Assembly (NCBI GenBank): GCA_012523095.1
Contig: JAAYJE010000022.1
Location: forward strand, 4,784-68,783
Source of the DNA: Actinomycetota bacterium
GTDB taxonomy: Bacteria; Actinomycetota; Thermoleophilia; RBG-16-64-13
Direction: 5' to 3'
Length of the DNA: 64,000 nt
Numbering within the stretch: position 1 is the first letter of the stretch; each line of letters opens with the position of its first letter. The notes under the pieces were generated by a model. The model saw nothing but the letters and a program-made list of their open reading frames with translations. It did no database searches and was not told the origin of the DNA. Positions 1 through 9,639 of this stretch are shown in pieces. The position numbers were made by a program, and so were the translations under genes.

Positions 1-703
1 ATATGCGCCAAGTGTCGGTAGCAGCGTCGTAGCCTCGGATCGTGACGCCGTAGCGGTCGCGCGACGCCCCGGAAGGGAAGAGCACATCCTGGATACCCCG
101 GCCGCCAAAGACCCAGCCGAAACGCCATTGCCCGGTGGAAGTCCTGACGACGTCCCCTGGTCCGTACCAGTTGCAGTCGATGTCCCAGGAGCCTACGAAC
201 TGCCCATACGACATCAGCTTGCCGGCGTGCTGAAGCGAGGGACCGGTCGCCCCAGCCAAAGCCGCCACCGGCCCGGACTCGTCGATGGCCTGGATCCTAC
301 GAACGTGACGCCCACCCTCGAAGGGGGCGCCCAGCCACACCTCTACGATCCGAAGCGCGAGGTCCTCCGAGAGCAGACGCTCCCCTAGAGAGACCATGTT
401 CGCATCATTGTGGGCTCGGGCCAGACGAGCCGACTCCTCGGTCCAGCAGAGCGCGCAACGCACACCGGGATGCCGGTTGGCCGTCATCGCCTCACCGTTG
501 CCTGAGCCACCCAGGACGATCCCTCGTTCGCAATCGCCGGCCGCGACCGCGGAAGCCGCCGGATGTATGTAGGTAGGGTAGTCGACCGGATCGGCCGAAT
601 GAGCGCCGAAGTCCACGACCTCGTGTCCAAGAGCCTCCAGATGCTCGATGATGCGCGTCTTGTAACGAAAACCGGCGTGATCAGAAGCGATCGCTATCCG
701 CAT
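1..703 (-). CDS. rpiB: Ribose-5-phosphate isomerase B (RpiB/LacAB family), 3' end outside the window. The RpiB domain (~150 aa) is followed by at least 85 more in-frame residues.
   Basis: Hand translation of the minus strand from ATG at 703 gives MRIAIASDHAGFRYKTRIIEHLEALGHEVVDFG...ARAHNDANMVSLGERLL, typical of actinobacterial RpiB. No stop codon occurs in this frame down to position 1. It is absent from the ORF track because it runs off the window edge. Confidence 0.75.
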   Translation of the reverse strand, partial: MRIAIASDHAGFRYKTRIIEHLEALGHEVVDFGAHSADPVDYPTYIHPAASAVAAGDCERGIVLGGSGNGEAMTANRHPGVRCALCWTEESARLARAHNDANMVSLGERLLSEDLALRIVEVWLGAPFEGGRHVRRIQAIDESGPVAALAGATGPSLQHAGKLMSYGQFVGSWDIDCNWYGPGDVVRTSTGQWRFGWVFGGRGIQDVLFPSGASRDRYGVTIRGYDAATDTWRI

Positions 704-758
704 CGACATCCCCCTTGCACATGCGTTGTCCGGTCCACCGCGAGGCCGACCTAGACCT

Positions 759-1673
759 CTATGACCCCAGCCTGTCGCCCGCCTTCAATCCCGTCGAGGA
801 GACGAATTCCGCCGCCGAGATCTTAGCCGCGCCGGCCGGCTGTAACCGCTTCACGAAGATGCTCCCTCCACTCGCGGCGACAAGGAAGCCGTCGGCGGCG
901 ATCTCGAGCACGGTCCCGGGAGCCTCCGGGCCACTCACCGCGCGCCTTTCGCAATCGAATATCTTGATCTGCCGCCCCTGGTGGGTGGTAGCGGCTCCCG
1001 GCGAGGGATTGCAGCCCCGTATGACGTTGTAGACGACCCCTACGGGGTACATCCAGTCGATGGCCATACTCCTACAGACCGGCTCATACTCACCTTGGCT
1101 AAGATCTTGGACGATCTTGGGCGCCTTGCCCTCCTTGACCAAGCGCACCGACTCCACCATGGCCTCCACCCCCAAGGGGAAGAGCTTGCCGAAGTACACG
1201 GCGCCCAGAGTGTCGTCAGGCTCGATGGTGACCTCCTTCTGCAAGAGGATGGGACCGGTGTCCAGTCCTTCATCAGGCCAGAAAATAGAGAGGCCCGTCT
1301 TCGGCTCGCCATTCATCACAGCCCAGTTGATGGCGCTGGCGCCCCGGTGACGCGGCAATAGCGAGGGGTGGTACTGGATGGTCCCCAAACGCGGATGATT
1401 GAGGATGGCGGCCGGCACGATGTCGGTGACGAAGGCCATCACGTTGAGATCAACCTGGAACTGCTTGTAATCCTCAAAGACCTCAGGATCGCGCATGCGG
1501 CCCGGTTGCCGGACGGGTATGTCGTTCGCCTCCGCGAGCTCTCTGAAGGTGTTGCTCTTGCCCGGAGAAGCGTCGGGCGGCATGTACACCGCCACCACCT
1601 CTTCTCTTTCCGCGAGTAACGCTTCGAGGACCTTCTCTCCAAAGGCCGCCTGGCCGATAAGCACGATCTTCAT
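759..1673 (-). CDS. Formyltransferase family protein, methionyl-tRNA formyltransferase-like
   Basis: 326-aa ORF. The internal start MKIVLIGQ is preferred. It carries the HPSLLPRHRG formyltransferase motif and a C-terminal Fmt-like domain. The context (no def gene nearby) leaves the exact Fmt assignment uncertain. Confidence 0.7.
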   Translation of the reverse strand: MKIVLIGQAAFGEKVLEALLAEREEVVAVYMPPDASPGKSNTFRELAEANDIPVRQPGRMRDPEVFEDYKQFQVDLNVMAFVTDIVPAAILNHPRLGTIQYHPSLLPRHRGASAINWAVMNGEPKTGLSIFWPDEGLDTGPILLQKEVTIEPDDTLGAVYFGKLFPLGVEAMVESVRLVKEGKAPKIVQDLSQGEYEPVCRSMAIDWMYPVGVVYNVIRGCNPSPGAATTHQGRQIKIFDCERRAVSGPEAPGTVLEIAADGFLVAASGGSIFVKRLQPAGAAKISAAEFVSSTGLKAGDRLGS

Positions 1674-1932
1674 CCTGCACTCCCGTCTAGATAGCCCAGC
1701 CAACCCGCGATCTCCGTCGCCGGCTCTTCCTTCGAACAAGATTCTACCCCCTGCGATAACGTCCAGGTGGACACGGGCCTCACATTGAGGGACATATCAC
1801 CATCGCGAGCTCAGGGCAGCTCGACCCTGTCGGCAAGACCGCGGCCACGTGGGCGGGTTCGAGTACGCCTCCAACGAATACCATCCCTTCCTGCTGCACG
1901 ATCCGCCGCCGCAGTCCCGGCGGGAAGCGCAG

Positions 1933-2883
1933 CTACCGGCTGTAGAAGAGCGACGGCCAGTATTCGATGGCCTCTGAGCCGGCCGATACAAGTGTGCCGG
2001 CCTGTCCTTCGATGATGGCCGCGGCATCCTCCAAGGCGCCGATGCCCGCTCGACCGCCGGTAGCCGTGACGAAGTCACAGGCCGCTTCCACCTTAGGTCC
2101 CATCGATCCGGTCGCGAACCTGAGTGGCTCCAGTGCTTCGGGAGATGCCCTGCGGATGGCGCGCGAATCCGACGCGCCCCAATCCTCCCATACCGCCACG
2201 GCGTCGGTCAGCATCAGGAAGATGTCGACCCGGAGGGACTTCGCCAACAGGGCACTCGCGTAGTCCTTGTCTATCACGGCCTCGACACCCACGAGTGCTC
2301 CGCCCGGGGTCGGCATGGTAGGAATACCTCCTCCCCCCACGCAGATCACTGTCACCCCGCACTCCACGAGCCGCTCCACCGCTTTGATCTCGAGGATCCG
2401 CTTGGGCTTCGGCGACGGCACCAACCTGCGGTACCTGCCGTTGTCGGGTCCCATGGTCCACCCGTGCTCGCGCGCAAGACGCTCCGCTTCCTTCTGCGAA
2501 TACTGAGGCCCGATAGGCTTGGTGGGGTCCTGGAAAGCCGGATCGGCGGGGTCCACCTCCACCTGAGTGAGTATGGTGGCCAGGGGCATGTCGTCAGGGA
2601 GGGTGTTGCCCAGCTCCTGCTCGATCATGTAGCCGATCATCCCCTCCGACTGAGCCCCCAGCACATCGAGCGTGAAGGACCCCGCGCCTGCGTAGGTCGC
2701 GGCCGTCAAGGCGAGCAGGCCGACCTGTGGACCGTTACCGTGGGTGATGATGAGACTGTGCTCACGTGCGAGCGGAGCCAGCGCCCTGACCGCGATCTTG
2801 ACGTTCTCGCGCTGGTTGTGCGCGGTGAGCGGCTCCTCCCGTTTGAGAAGGGCGTTACCCCCGAGCGCTGCTACGATCCTCAT
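1933..2883 (-). CDS. arcC: Carbamate kinase
   Basis: N-terminus [12 protein letters not shown] and overall carbamate kinase-like sequence, 316 aa. Confidence 0.85.
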   Translation of the reverse strand: MRIVAALGGNALLKREEPLTAHNQRENVKIAVRALAPLAREHSLIITHGNGPQVGLLALTAATYAGAGSFTLDVLGAQSEGMIGYMIEQELGNTLPDDMPLATILTQVEVDPADPAFQDPTKPIGPQYSQKEAERLAREHGWTMGPDNGRYRRLVPSPKPKRILEIKAVERLVECGVTVICVGGGGIPTMPTPGGALVGVEAVIDKDYASALLAKSLRVDIFLMLTDAVAVWEDWGASDSRAIRRASPEALEPLRFATGSMGPKVEAACDFVTATGGRAGIGALEDAAAIIEGQAGTLVSAGSEAIEYWPSLFYSR

Positions 2884-2901
2884 GGCGACAACGGACCCAC
2901 G

Positions 2902-3474
2902 CTATGCTCCGGCGCTTTTTCGCTTGGCTTTCTTGCCCCGCATGCTTCCGCGTGCAGTCAGCAGGGCGGACATCAGCTGAGCGGGCTCCCGGGTGCCGAT
3001 GAGCACCCGCCTGCCATCGCTCATGACCAGCTGGATGCCCTGATTGCCCGACGCGTTATATGCGCGTCCGTTCTTCAGCGAAGTCCGGATACCCCAGCCT
3101 CCATATTCGCGCAGTGCCGAGTACCGACGCGGCTCAGCGTCCGTGATGTCGGACAGGAGGATCTTCGCCCACCTGAACGGGTATACCCTCACTCTGAGGA
3201 CTCCTGGATGGACCTCCGTGATCATTCTCGCCATCACAGCGAAGAAAGGGAACCCAAAGCCGAACACAAGGCCGAGGGTCCATGCCACCCAATCAGGGAC
3301 GGGCTGCTCACCCAGAGGGTTCTTGAGCATTATCTGCTGGATGAACTGGTACCACACCAGCACTGTGACGATCAGGATAGGAACGTAAAAATACCATTGC
3401 CTGAATCTCTGCACCTCACGGTACAGAGGCTGTGCATCCAGACCGACCATCCCCTCGATCTCCTTGCCGTCCAT
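2902..3474 (-). CDS. Membrane protein with two TM helices and a bacterial PH-like domain (hypothetical)
   Basis: ORF 2902..3531. The start was moved to internal MDGKEIEG to avoid overlapping the divergent MFS gene. It has two hydrophobic helices followed by a PH-like soluble domain. Confidence 0.45.
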   Translation of the reverse strand: MDGKEIEGMVGLDAQPLYREVQRFRQWYFYVPILIVTVLVWYQFIQQIMLKNPLGEQPVPDWVAWTLGLVFGFGFPFFAVMARMITEVHPGVLRVRVYPFRWAKILLSDITDAEPRRYSALREYGGWGIRTSLKNGRAYNASGNQGIQLVMSDGRRVLIGTREPAQLMSALLTARGSMRGKKAKRKSAGA

Positions 3475-3525
3475 GCCGACCTCGCTGCCGTCATTTGGGG
3501 AGCACTCATAGTACACTAACCGGCA

Positions 3526-4809
3526 ATGCATACCGACCTTGCGAGAAACGAGCGGGCCGCGGGCAGGCGAGCCCGTCTGGCTTGGTATGTCTACGACCTC
3601 GGTAATACCTCGATCGAGTTCGCGATACCTCTCTATCTAACTATCTGGATAGTAAGCGACCTAGGTGTCGCAGCCTGGATCTTCGGCCTGGCTTCCGCCG
3701 GCTCTTCGGCGGCCATCGGCCTCAGCGGCCCCTACATCGGCGTCCACGCCGACGAGGCTCACGCTCGGCGCCGGTGGTTCGCAGCGTCGGTGCTCGTGGC
3801 GGCGACGCTGTTCGCTGCATTGCCCTTCCTACCCCATGGCGGCTCGGCGGCTCTGGCCCTGATACTGATCACGGCGATGCTCGCCAACTACTTCTTCCAG
3901 CTCTCCAGCCTCATCTACAACGCCTCCATGCTGCACGCCGCAGGCAAGGCCAACGTGGTCAGCGTGTCGTCGTTGGGCATCGCGTTCAGCTTCCTGGGCG
4001 GCGCCGTCGGTGTGGGCATCATGGAGCTGGTCATCCGCGGCCGATTGGTGCCCGGCGTGAGCGGTCGCGGCTTCGCCCTCGTCCCTGCGGCCCTCATCTT
4101 CATCGCCTGCGCCGCCCCCGGCGCCTTCACGAGAAGGCTGTGGCAGAAGGAGACCGACCAGATCTCCATCCCGTCGGGCCGCCTCCACCATCGCATGAAG
4201 GAGCTCTGGAACGAATCTTCCCGCGAATACCGGGCCGGATGGTTCCTGGCCGGCTATTTCGCTCTGAACTCGGCCATCATGGGCCTCACGCTCTATCTGC
4301 CGCTGCATGTACAGAGGGTCACCGACCTGGAGGGGACCGGACTGCTCTTGGCGGTAGGTATCGTGGTCTTCACCTCGGCCATCGGCGCCGGCATAGTCGC
4401 ATGCCTACGCCCCGAAGGCGTCATGGTCAAACGCATCATCCTAGTGGGACTTGCCCTGCTCGCTCTCAACTCCTTCTTCTTCAGCCTGGTGACCTCGCTC
4501 CCTCTGGTGATCCTTTGCGCCTGTTTCCATGGTCTCTTCTCGGGAGCCTTGGTTCCCACCGTGCGAGGAGCGTTCGCACAGACCTTCCGATCGGACTACC
4601 AGGCGCTGGCCTTCGGGCTGTTCGGCGCCGTGCAGCGCGTATCTCAGGGTCTGGGAGCGGCGCTGTGGCCACTGGCCGAGGTGGCCGGCGCCCACAGAAC
4701 CGCCTCCTGGGGCATCGCCGGGATGGGCTGTCTCGCGCTGGTCGGCATCCCTCTCTTCGCCCGCTGGAGATTCGGACGGCCCGTCGCTCCTGTTCCGGAA
4801 GCCGGTTGA
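3526..4809 (+). CDS. MFS transporter, UMF1 (Atg22-like) family
   Basis: 427 aa with 12 predicted TM segments. The N-terminal AWYVYDLGNTSIEFAIPLY motif is typical of UMF1-type MFS. Confidence 0.7.
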   Translation: MHTDLARNERAAGRRARLAWYVYDLGNTSIEFAIPLYLTIWIVSDLGVAAWIFGLASAGSSAAIGLSGPYIGVHADEAHARRRWFAASVLVAATLFAALPFLPHGGSAALALILITAMLANYFFQLSSLIYNASMLHAAGKANVVSVSSLGIAFSFLGGAVGVGIMELVIRGRLVPGVSGRGFALVPAALIFIACAAPGAFTRRLWQKETDQISIPSGRLHHRMKELWNESSREYRAGWFLAGYFALNSAIMGLTLYLPLHVQRVTDLEGTGLLLAVGIVVFTSAIGAGIVACLRPEGVMVKRIILVGLALLALNSFFFSLVTSLPLVILCACFHGLFSGALVPTVRGAFAQTFRSDYQALAFGLFGAVQRVSQGLGAALWPLAEVAGAHRTASWGIAGMGCLALVGIPLFARWRFGRPVAPVPEAG

Positions 4810-5010
4810 CCCGGTCCTATAGGCTCTCCCCGAGGGGAAGAACAACTCCGGCAACGACCAAGTGGTGTACGGTGCGTCCAACCCTTCCATCAGGTCCTTG
4901 ACCGTGTTGCCGGCCGAGCAGGCGCGCTCGAACTCCCAGGCCCTCTTGAAGAGCGAGGAAGTCGCCGAGCTCGGCGTAGAAGCGGACGTGCACGGCGCCC
5001 GTGTCCCGAT

Positions 5011-6336
5011 CTACCCCTTCTTCATCTCCAGCGCACACTTCAGCATGACGTCGAAAAGGTCGACGATCTCGTCTTCCTCGACGCACGAGATGGCTATGCG
5101 GATGTCGGCAGAACCGTTAGAGATCACCCCTACCCCGTACTCGCTCAGCAGTCGCGCCCGGTATGCTTCAGCATCGAGACCGTTCAGACGTACACATAAG
5201 AAGTAGCCGGAGTTGAACGGATACGGTGTCCAGGCTTCCGCGAACCGCGCCTCGGAGAGCACCTGCCGCGCCCTTGCCGCCCGGCCGGAGAGGATGGCGT
5301 ACTTCTCAGCCTTCTCGGCCTGATAGGCCGGATCGCTCATGGCTTTGAGGACCAGCGATTGCGACAGGTTGGACGAGTTGCTGACGGTGGCGCGGATGCA
5401 GCCCCCGGTCTTCTTCTCCAGAGCCTCGTAGGCTCCGGCCCCGTTGGCGATGCCGTACGTGATGAACCCTACCCGCAAACCCCAGGCGTAGTCTTCCTTG
5501 GAGGCACCGTCGAGCTTGACGGCAAGCAGGCGTGGATGAGCACCGGCCAGTCTGGTGAAGAGCGACTCCTTCATGACCTCGTCGTCATAGAAGAGCCCGA
5601 AGTAGGCATCGTCGCAGACGGCCACGATGTCGCACTCCTCCCGCGCGGCCGCCTCGACGAGGACGTCACGGATGGCGTCGGCCTCAGCAGGCGTGATGGA
5701 GTAACCGGTCGGGTTGTTCGGGAAGTTGAAAAGGACGATCATCTTGCCCACAGCCGCGTGGTTCTTGACGACTTTGCGGAAGCCTTCCACGTCAAAGCCC
5801 CCACCCAGGCGGAGCAACGGATACACGCCGGGGCGAGCGCCGCGCTTGACCTCGAAGATGAGACGGTAGTTGCCCCACAGATGATCGGGCATGAACAGCA
5901 GGTCGCCCTCGTCGACGAACATGTCGGCCACCGTACTCAGTCCGTGCGTGATGCCGCTGGTGACGACGGGCAGGCTCACAGGCGTGTCGCCGAGGGAGGG
6001 GTTCTTCTGCCTGAGCTCGGCCAGCCAGGCCCTTCGTAGGTCGGCCCGTCCGGAGGATGGGGCGTACGGCAACGCCTGATCGGGGCTGATCTCGCACAGA
6101 TGCCGCGTGATGGAGGGCAGACCCATGGAGTGCTTGGCTTCCCGGGCTTCGCCGATGGTGGCGTTGAACCGGTGCGCCTTTTCATTGGCCTCTGCCGTCT
6201 GAGTCAAGATCCCCTTGGGGAAGTACAGCGCCTTACCGAGCTCGGAAAGCACCCGGAACAGCGCAGGCGCCTCCTGCCGGATGGTCTGGTTCAGCTCGGC
6301 GGCAAGCGGGTTGAGTCCGGTGAGGAGAGGGCTCAA
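5011..6336 (-). CDS. PLP-dependent aminotransferase class I/II
   Basis: 441 aa with NPTGY and a lysine-containing SKED/KxxG region characteristic of class I aminotransferases. It lies 4 nt downstream of pckG. Confidence 0.8.
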   Translation of the reverse strand: MSPLLTGLNPLAAELNQTIRQEAPALFRVLSELGKALYFPKGILTQTAEANEKAHRFNATIGEAREAKHSMGLPSITRHLCEISPDQALPYAPSSGRADLRRAWLAELRQKNPSLGDTPVSLPVVTSGITHGLSTVADMFVDEGDLLFMPDHLWGNYRLIFEVKRGARPGVYPLLRLGGGFDVEGFRKVVKNHAAVGKMIVLFNFPNNPTGYSITPAEADAIRDVLVEAAAREECDIVAVCDDAYFGLFYDDEVMKESLFTRLAGAHPRLLAVKLDGASKEDYAWGLRVGFITYGIANGAGAYEALEKKTGGCIRATVSNSSNLSQSLVLKAMSDPAYQAEKAEKYAILSGRAARARQVLSEARFAEAWTPYPFNSGYFLCVRLNGLDAEAYRARLLSEYGVGVISNGSADIRIAISCVEEDEIVDLFDVMLKCALEMKKG

Positions 6337-6339
6337 CGG

Positions 6340-8157
6340 TCACCTCCCATGAAGACGCTCTTTCAACGCCTCAAGCTGCCCGCGGAGGGCCGTCGGTAAG
6401 CGGTCTCCGAACTCCTCATAATACTCAGACAGATCGGCGGCCTCTTGCTTCCAGGCCCCGACGTCGACCGTCAGCAGGGCCTCCAAGTCCGCCGCCGGCA
6501 GCTCTAGGCCGGAAAGATCGAGCGCCCCTGGAGCGGGCAGATTGCCGATGGGGGTCTTGACCGCCTGCCCGCCGCCTCCGACCCGCTCGAAGATCCACTT
6601 GAGCACCCGGCTGTTATCACCATACCCAGGCCACAGAAAATGGCCGTCCTCGCCCTTGCGGAACCAGTTGACGAAAAAGATGCGCGGCAGCTTCTGGGGG
6701 TCGGTGCGACCGGCCATCGACAACCAGTGCGCGAAATAGTCACCCATGTTATAGCCGCAGAAGGGCAGCATGGCGAAGGGGTCGTGGCGCAGGACGCCGG
6801 TCTTGCTCAAATTGGCGGCCGTGGTCTCCGAACCGGCCGCCGAGCCCATGAACACTCCGTGCTCCCAGTCGAAAGCTTCATAGACCAGCGGGACCGTGCC
6901 CGCCCGCCGTCCACCGAACAGGATGGCCGAGATGGGAACACCTGACGGGTTCTCCCAATCAGGATCGATCACCGGGCACTGTTCGGCCGGAGCCGTGAAC
7001 CGCGCATTGGGGTGAGCGGCCTTGCGATCGGAATCAGGCGTCCAGTCATCGCCCTCCCAGTCGATGAGGTGAGCAGGAGCCGGCACGCCCATGTCCTCCC
7101 ACCAGATATCGCCCTCGTCGGTAAGACCAGCGTTGGTGAAGATGCTGTTGCGCGTGAACGTCTCCATAGCATTGGGATTCGTGTCGTAGGAGGTCCCGGG
7201 AGCCACGCCGAAGAAACCCGTCTCGGGGTTCATGGCGTAGAGGCGGCCGTCCTCACCGATGCGCATCCAGGCGATATCGTCGCCCAGGCAGGTGACCTTC
7301 CAGCCCGGAAGAGTCGGCCGCATCATGGCCAAGTTGGTCTTGCCACACGCGCTGGGGAAGGCCCCGGCGATATACCTCTTCTCGCCCTCCGGCGACGTGA
7401 GACATAGGATCAGCATGTGCTCGGCCAACCAACCCTCCTTGCGGGCCAAGGCAGAAGCTATGCGTAACGCCAGGCATTTCTTGCCTAAGAGCGCGTTGCC
7501 GCCATAGCCCGAGCCGTAGGACCAGATGGAGGGATCGTCGGGGAAGTGGACGATGTACTTGTGGTTGGGATCACGTTCGCACGGCCAGGGAACGTCGCCC
7601 TGGAAGGGCTTGAGCGGCGCGCCCACCGAATGCAGGCAGGGGACGAACTCGCCATCGCTGCCCAGGGCCTCGAGCACCTTCGTGCCCACACGGGTCATAA
7701 TGGTCATGTTCGCGACCACGTACGCGGAATCGGTCACTTCGATGCCGATCTTGGAGAAGGGTGAACCGACCGGCCCCATGGAGAACGGGATGATGTACAT
7801 GGTCCGGCCCTCCATGCATCCATCGAAGATGGCGCACAACTTCCTCTTCATCTCCCGCGCCGGCGCCCAATTGTTGGTGGGTCCGGCCTCGATCTGATCG
7901 TTCGTACAGATGAAGGTCCTGTCTTCCACCCTGGCAACGTCGCTGGGGTGTGATCTGGCCAAGAAACAGTCGGGCCTGAGGGTGTCATTGAGGCGCGTGA
8001 AGGTACCGTGCTTCATCGCCACCTCACATATGTACCCATACTCCTCCGCAGAACCGTCGCACGTGTAGACGTTGTCCGGTTTGCAGAGTTGGACTACTTC
8101 CGTCAGCCAAGCCAGCAGTCTGCTGTGCTTTGTAAGCGTCTCAAACGCGGCCGCCAT
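6340..8157 (-). CDS. pckG: Phosphoenolpyruvate carboxykinase (GTP)
   Basis: 605 aa, full-length similarity to GTP-dependent PEPCK (kinase-1a and P-loop regions recognisable). Confidence 0.93.
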   Translation of the reverse strand: MAAAFETLTKHSRLLAWLTEVVQLCKPDNVYTCDGSAEEYGYICEVAMKHGTFTRLNDTLRPDCFLARSHPSDVARVEDRTFICTNDQIEAGPTNNWAPAREMKRKLCAIFDGCMEGRTMYIIPFSMGPVGSPFSKIGIEVTDSAYVVANMTIMTRVGTKVLEALGSDGEFVPCLHSVGAPLKPFQGDVPWPCERDPNHKYIVHFPDDPSIWSYGSGYGGNALLGKKCLALRIASALARKEGWLAEHMLILCLTSPEGEKRYIAGAFPSACGKTNLAMMRPTLPGWKVTCLGDDIAWMRIGEDGRLYAMNPETGFFGVAPGTSYDTNPNAMETFTRNSIFTNAGLTDEGDIWWEDMGVPAPAHLIDWEGDDWTPDSDRKAAHPNARFTAPAEQCPVIDPDWENPSGVPISAILFGGRRAGTVPLVYEAFDWEHGVFMGSAAGSETTAANLSKTGVLRHDPFAMLPFCGYNMGDYFAHWLSMAGRTDPQKLPRIFFVNWFRKGEDGHFLWPGYGDNSRVLKWIFERVGGGGQAVKTPIGNLPAPGALDLSGLELPAADLEALLTVDVGAWKQEAADLSEYYEEFGDRLPTALRGQLEALKERLHGR

Positions 8158-8198
8158 CCTGTCTCCTCTCGTTCCTCCGAGCGGTCGTCACTTGCTCC

Positions 8199-8248
8199 CA
8201 AATAAACACAGAGCCGGCGCGCACCACCTCACTCTCGCGCCGGTCTCT
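8199..8248 (-). terminator. Candidate intrinsic terminator/attenuator hairpin between fba and pckG
   Basis: On the minus strand, CCGGCGCG-(14 nt loop)-CGCGCCGG is followed by a U-rich tract CUCUGUGUUUAUUU. It sits ~160 nt downstream of the fba stop and ~45 nt upstream of the pckG start. Confidence 0.35.
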
Positions 8249-8408
8249 CATGGCGACCGGTGGACCGACTCCACCCCTCCGCCCGTTCGCCGGGGAAAAA
8301 TACCATGTATCGACCAAGCCGTGTACCGACCACATGTACGAAGGGCTGTCCGGCGGTCTCCTCACCGCCACCGCGATGGCGCCCAGGCCTACGTGGCCGG
8401 CCGGCCCC

Positions 8409-9359
8409 TCAACCCCCCACAGCCGCGCGGACCATGTCCAAGGTCCCGGCGGAGCGCAACTTCTCGTTCTTGTGGGCTATGAATCCGGCGTATTCGGCCA
8501 TGAAGACCTTGCCGGGGTCGCGCAGGTCGAACTTCTCAGGGTTATCACGGAAGAACTCCCGATGGACCCGGGTCCACACCAGACGCCCGTCGGTGTCGAT
8601 GTTCACCTTGGTCACGCCCAGGGGGACCGCCTTCGCGAACTCCTCCTCATCCACACCCTTGGCGCCCTTGAGGGCCCCGCCGGCATCATTGATACGCCGG
8701 ACTTCCTCCTGAGGCACCGACGAGGATCCGTGCATCACCAGAGGGAACCCTGGGAGACGCTTCTGGATCTCCGCGACCACCTCGAGATGCAGCCCTTGAT
8801 GTCCGGTGAACTTGTAGGCTCCGTGGCTGGTGCCGATGGCGACCGCAAGACTGTCGCAGCCCGTTTCACGCACGAACACCTCGGCTTCGGCCGGGTCGGT
8901 GAGATGCGCGTTCTTCTCGTCCACCTGCACGTGCTCCTCCACCCCGCCCAACCGACCCAGTTCCGCCTCCACGGAGACGCCCCGAGCGTGGGCGGCCTCG
9001 ACCACCTGTCGCGTGATGCGGATGTTCTCCTCGAGGGGTTCCTGAGAAGCGTCGATCATCACCGACGAGTAGAACCCGCTCTCCACACAGTCGAGCGCCG
9101 TGTCAAGGTCGCCGTGGTCCAGATGAACGGCGAACACGGCCTCGGGGAACATCTCGTCGGCGGCCTTGATCATGGCCTCCAACATGCGCTTGTCGGCGTA
9201 GGACCGCGCGCCTTTGGAGATCTGGAGGATGAAGGGCGCCCGGGAGTCGAGATTGCCCCGGAACAGCCCCAAGGTCTGCTCCATGTTGTTGATGTTGTAG
9301 GCCCCCACGGCGAACCTGCCGTAGGCGACTTTGAAGAGCTCCTCAGTGGTGACGATCAT
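8409..9359 (-). CDS. fba: Fructose-bisphosphate aldolase class II
   Basis: 316 aa with class II FBA motifs (HLDHG, metal-binding His residues). Confidence 0.93.
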   Translation of the reverse strand: MIVTTEELFKVAYGRFAVGAYNINNMEQTLGLFRGNLDSRAPFILQISKGARSYADKRMLEAMIKAADEMFPEAVFAVHLDHGDLDTALDCVESGFYSSVMIDASQEPLEENIRITRQVVEAAHARGVSVEAELGRLGGVEEHVQVDEKNAHLTDPAEAEVFVRETGCDSLAVAIGTSHGAYKFTGHQGLHLEVVAEIQKRLPGFPLVMHGSSSVPQEEVRRINDAGGALKGAKGVDEEEFAKAVPLGVTKVNIDTDGRLVWTRVHREFFRDNPEKFDLRDPGKVFMAEYAGFIAHKNEKLRSAGTLDMVRAAVGG

Positions 9360-9639
9360 TTAGCGCTCCCATCAGTTCCGAACAGTATCATCCAGTCTTG
9401 GCGGCGCCCCAGTGGGCTCCGGCTTCCTCTTCCATCTTCCGGACGGTCGTAGCCGTATGGGCGCAGACCGCTCATGACGCTCCTCCTCTCGTCTCGAGAG
9501 CCCCCTGAGCGGACCCGGCCCCGGCGATCCGAGAAGCTTCATGCTATGTGCCTCCCATACCCCCAGACCGCTGCGTTGACACGCGCCGCGGAGTACGGAG
9601 GACCTCACGTTCAGCATACCAGGCTGGGGAGACGCCGGC

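Noticed and set aside
128-754. Plus-strand ORFs 128..388 and 563..754.
   Set aside because: They lie antisense within the minus-strand rpiB reading frame, which has clear RpiB homology. They are shadow ORFs.
2464-3519. 351-aa plus-strand ORF overlapping arcC and the PH-domain membrane protein gene. Other long ORFs are of the same kind: 3774..4901, 8250..9452, 21163..21969, 22264..23541, 25673..26782, 28794..29867, 45757..47061, 48865..49911, 55320..56435 and 62446..63324.
   Set aside because: All are antisense or out of frame relative to well-supported conserved genes. They are Arg/Pro/Gly-rich with no recognisable domains. This is typical of spurious open frames in high-GC DNA.
9573-9601. 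TTGACA hexamer upstream of the K+ channel as a sigma70 -35 element.
   Set aside because: No acceptable -10 hexamer is found at 16-19 bp spacing, so the promoter call was too weak to list.
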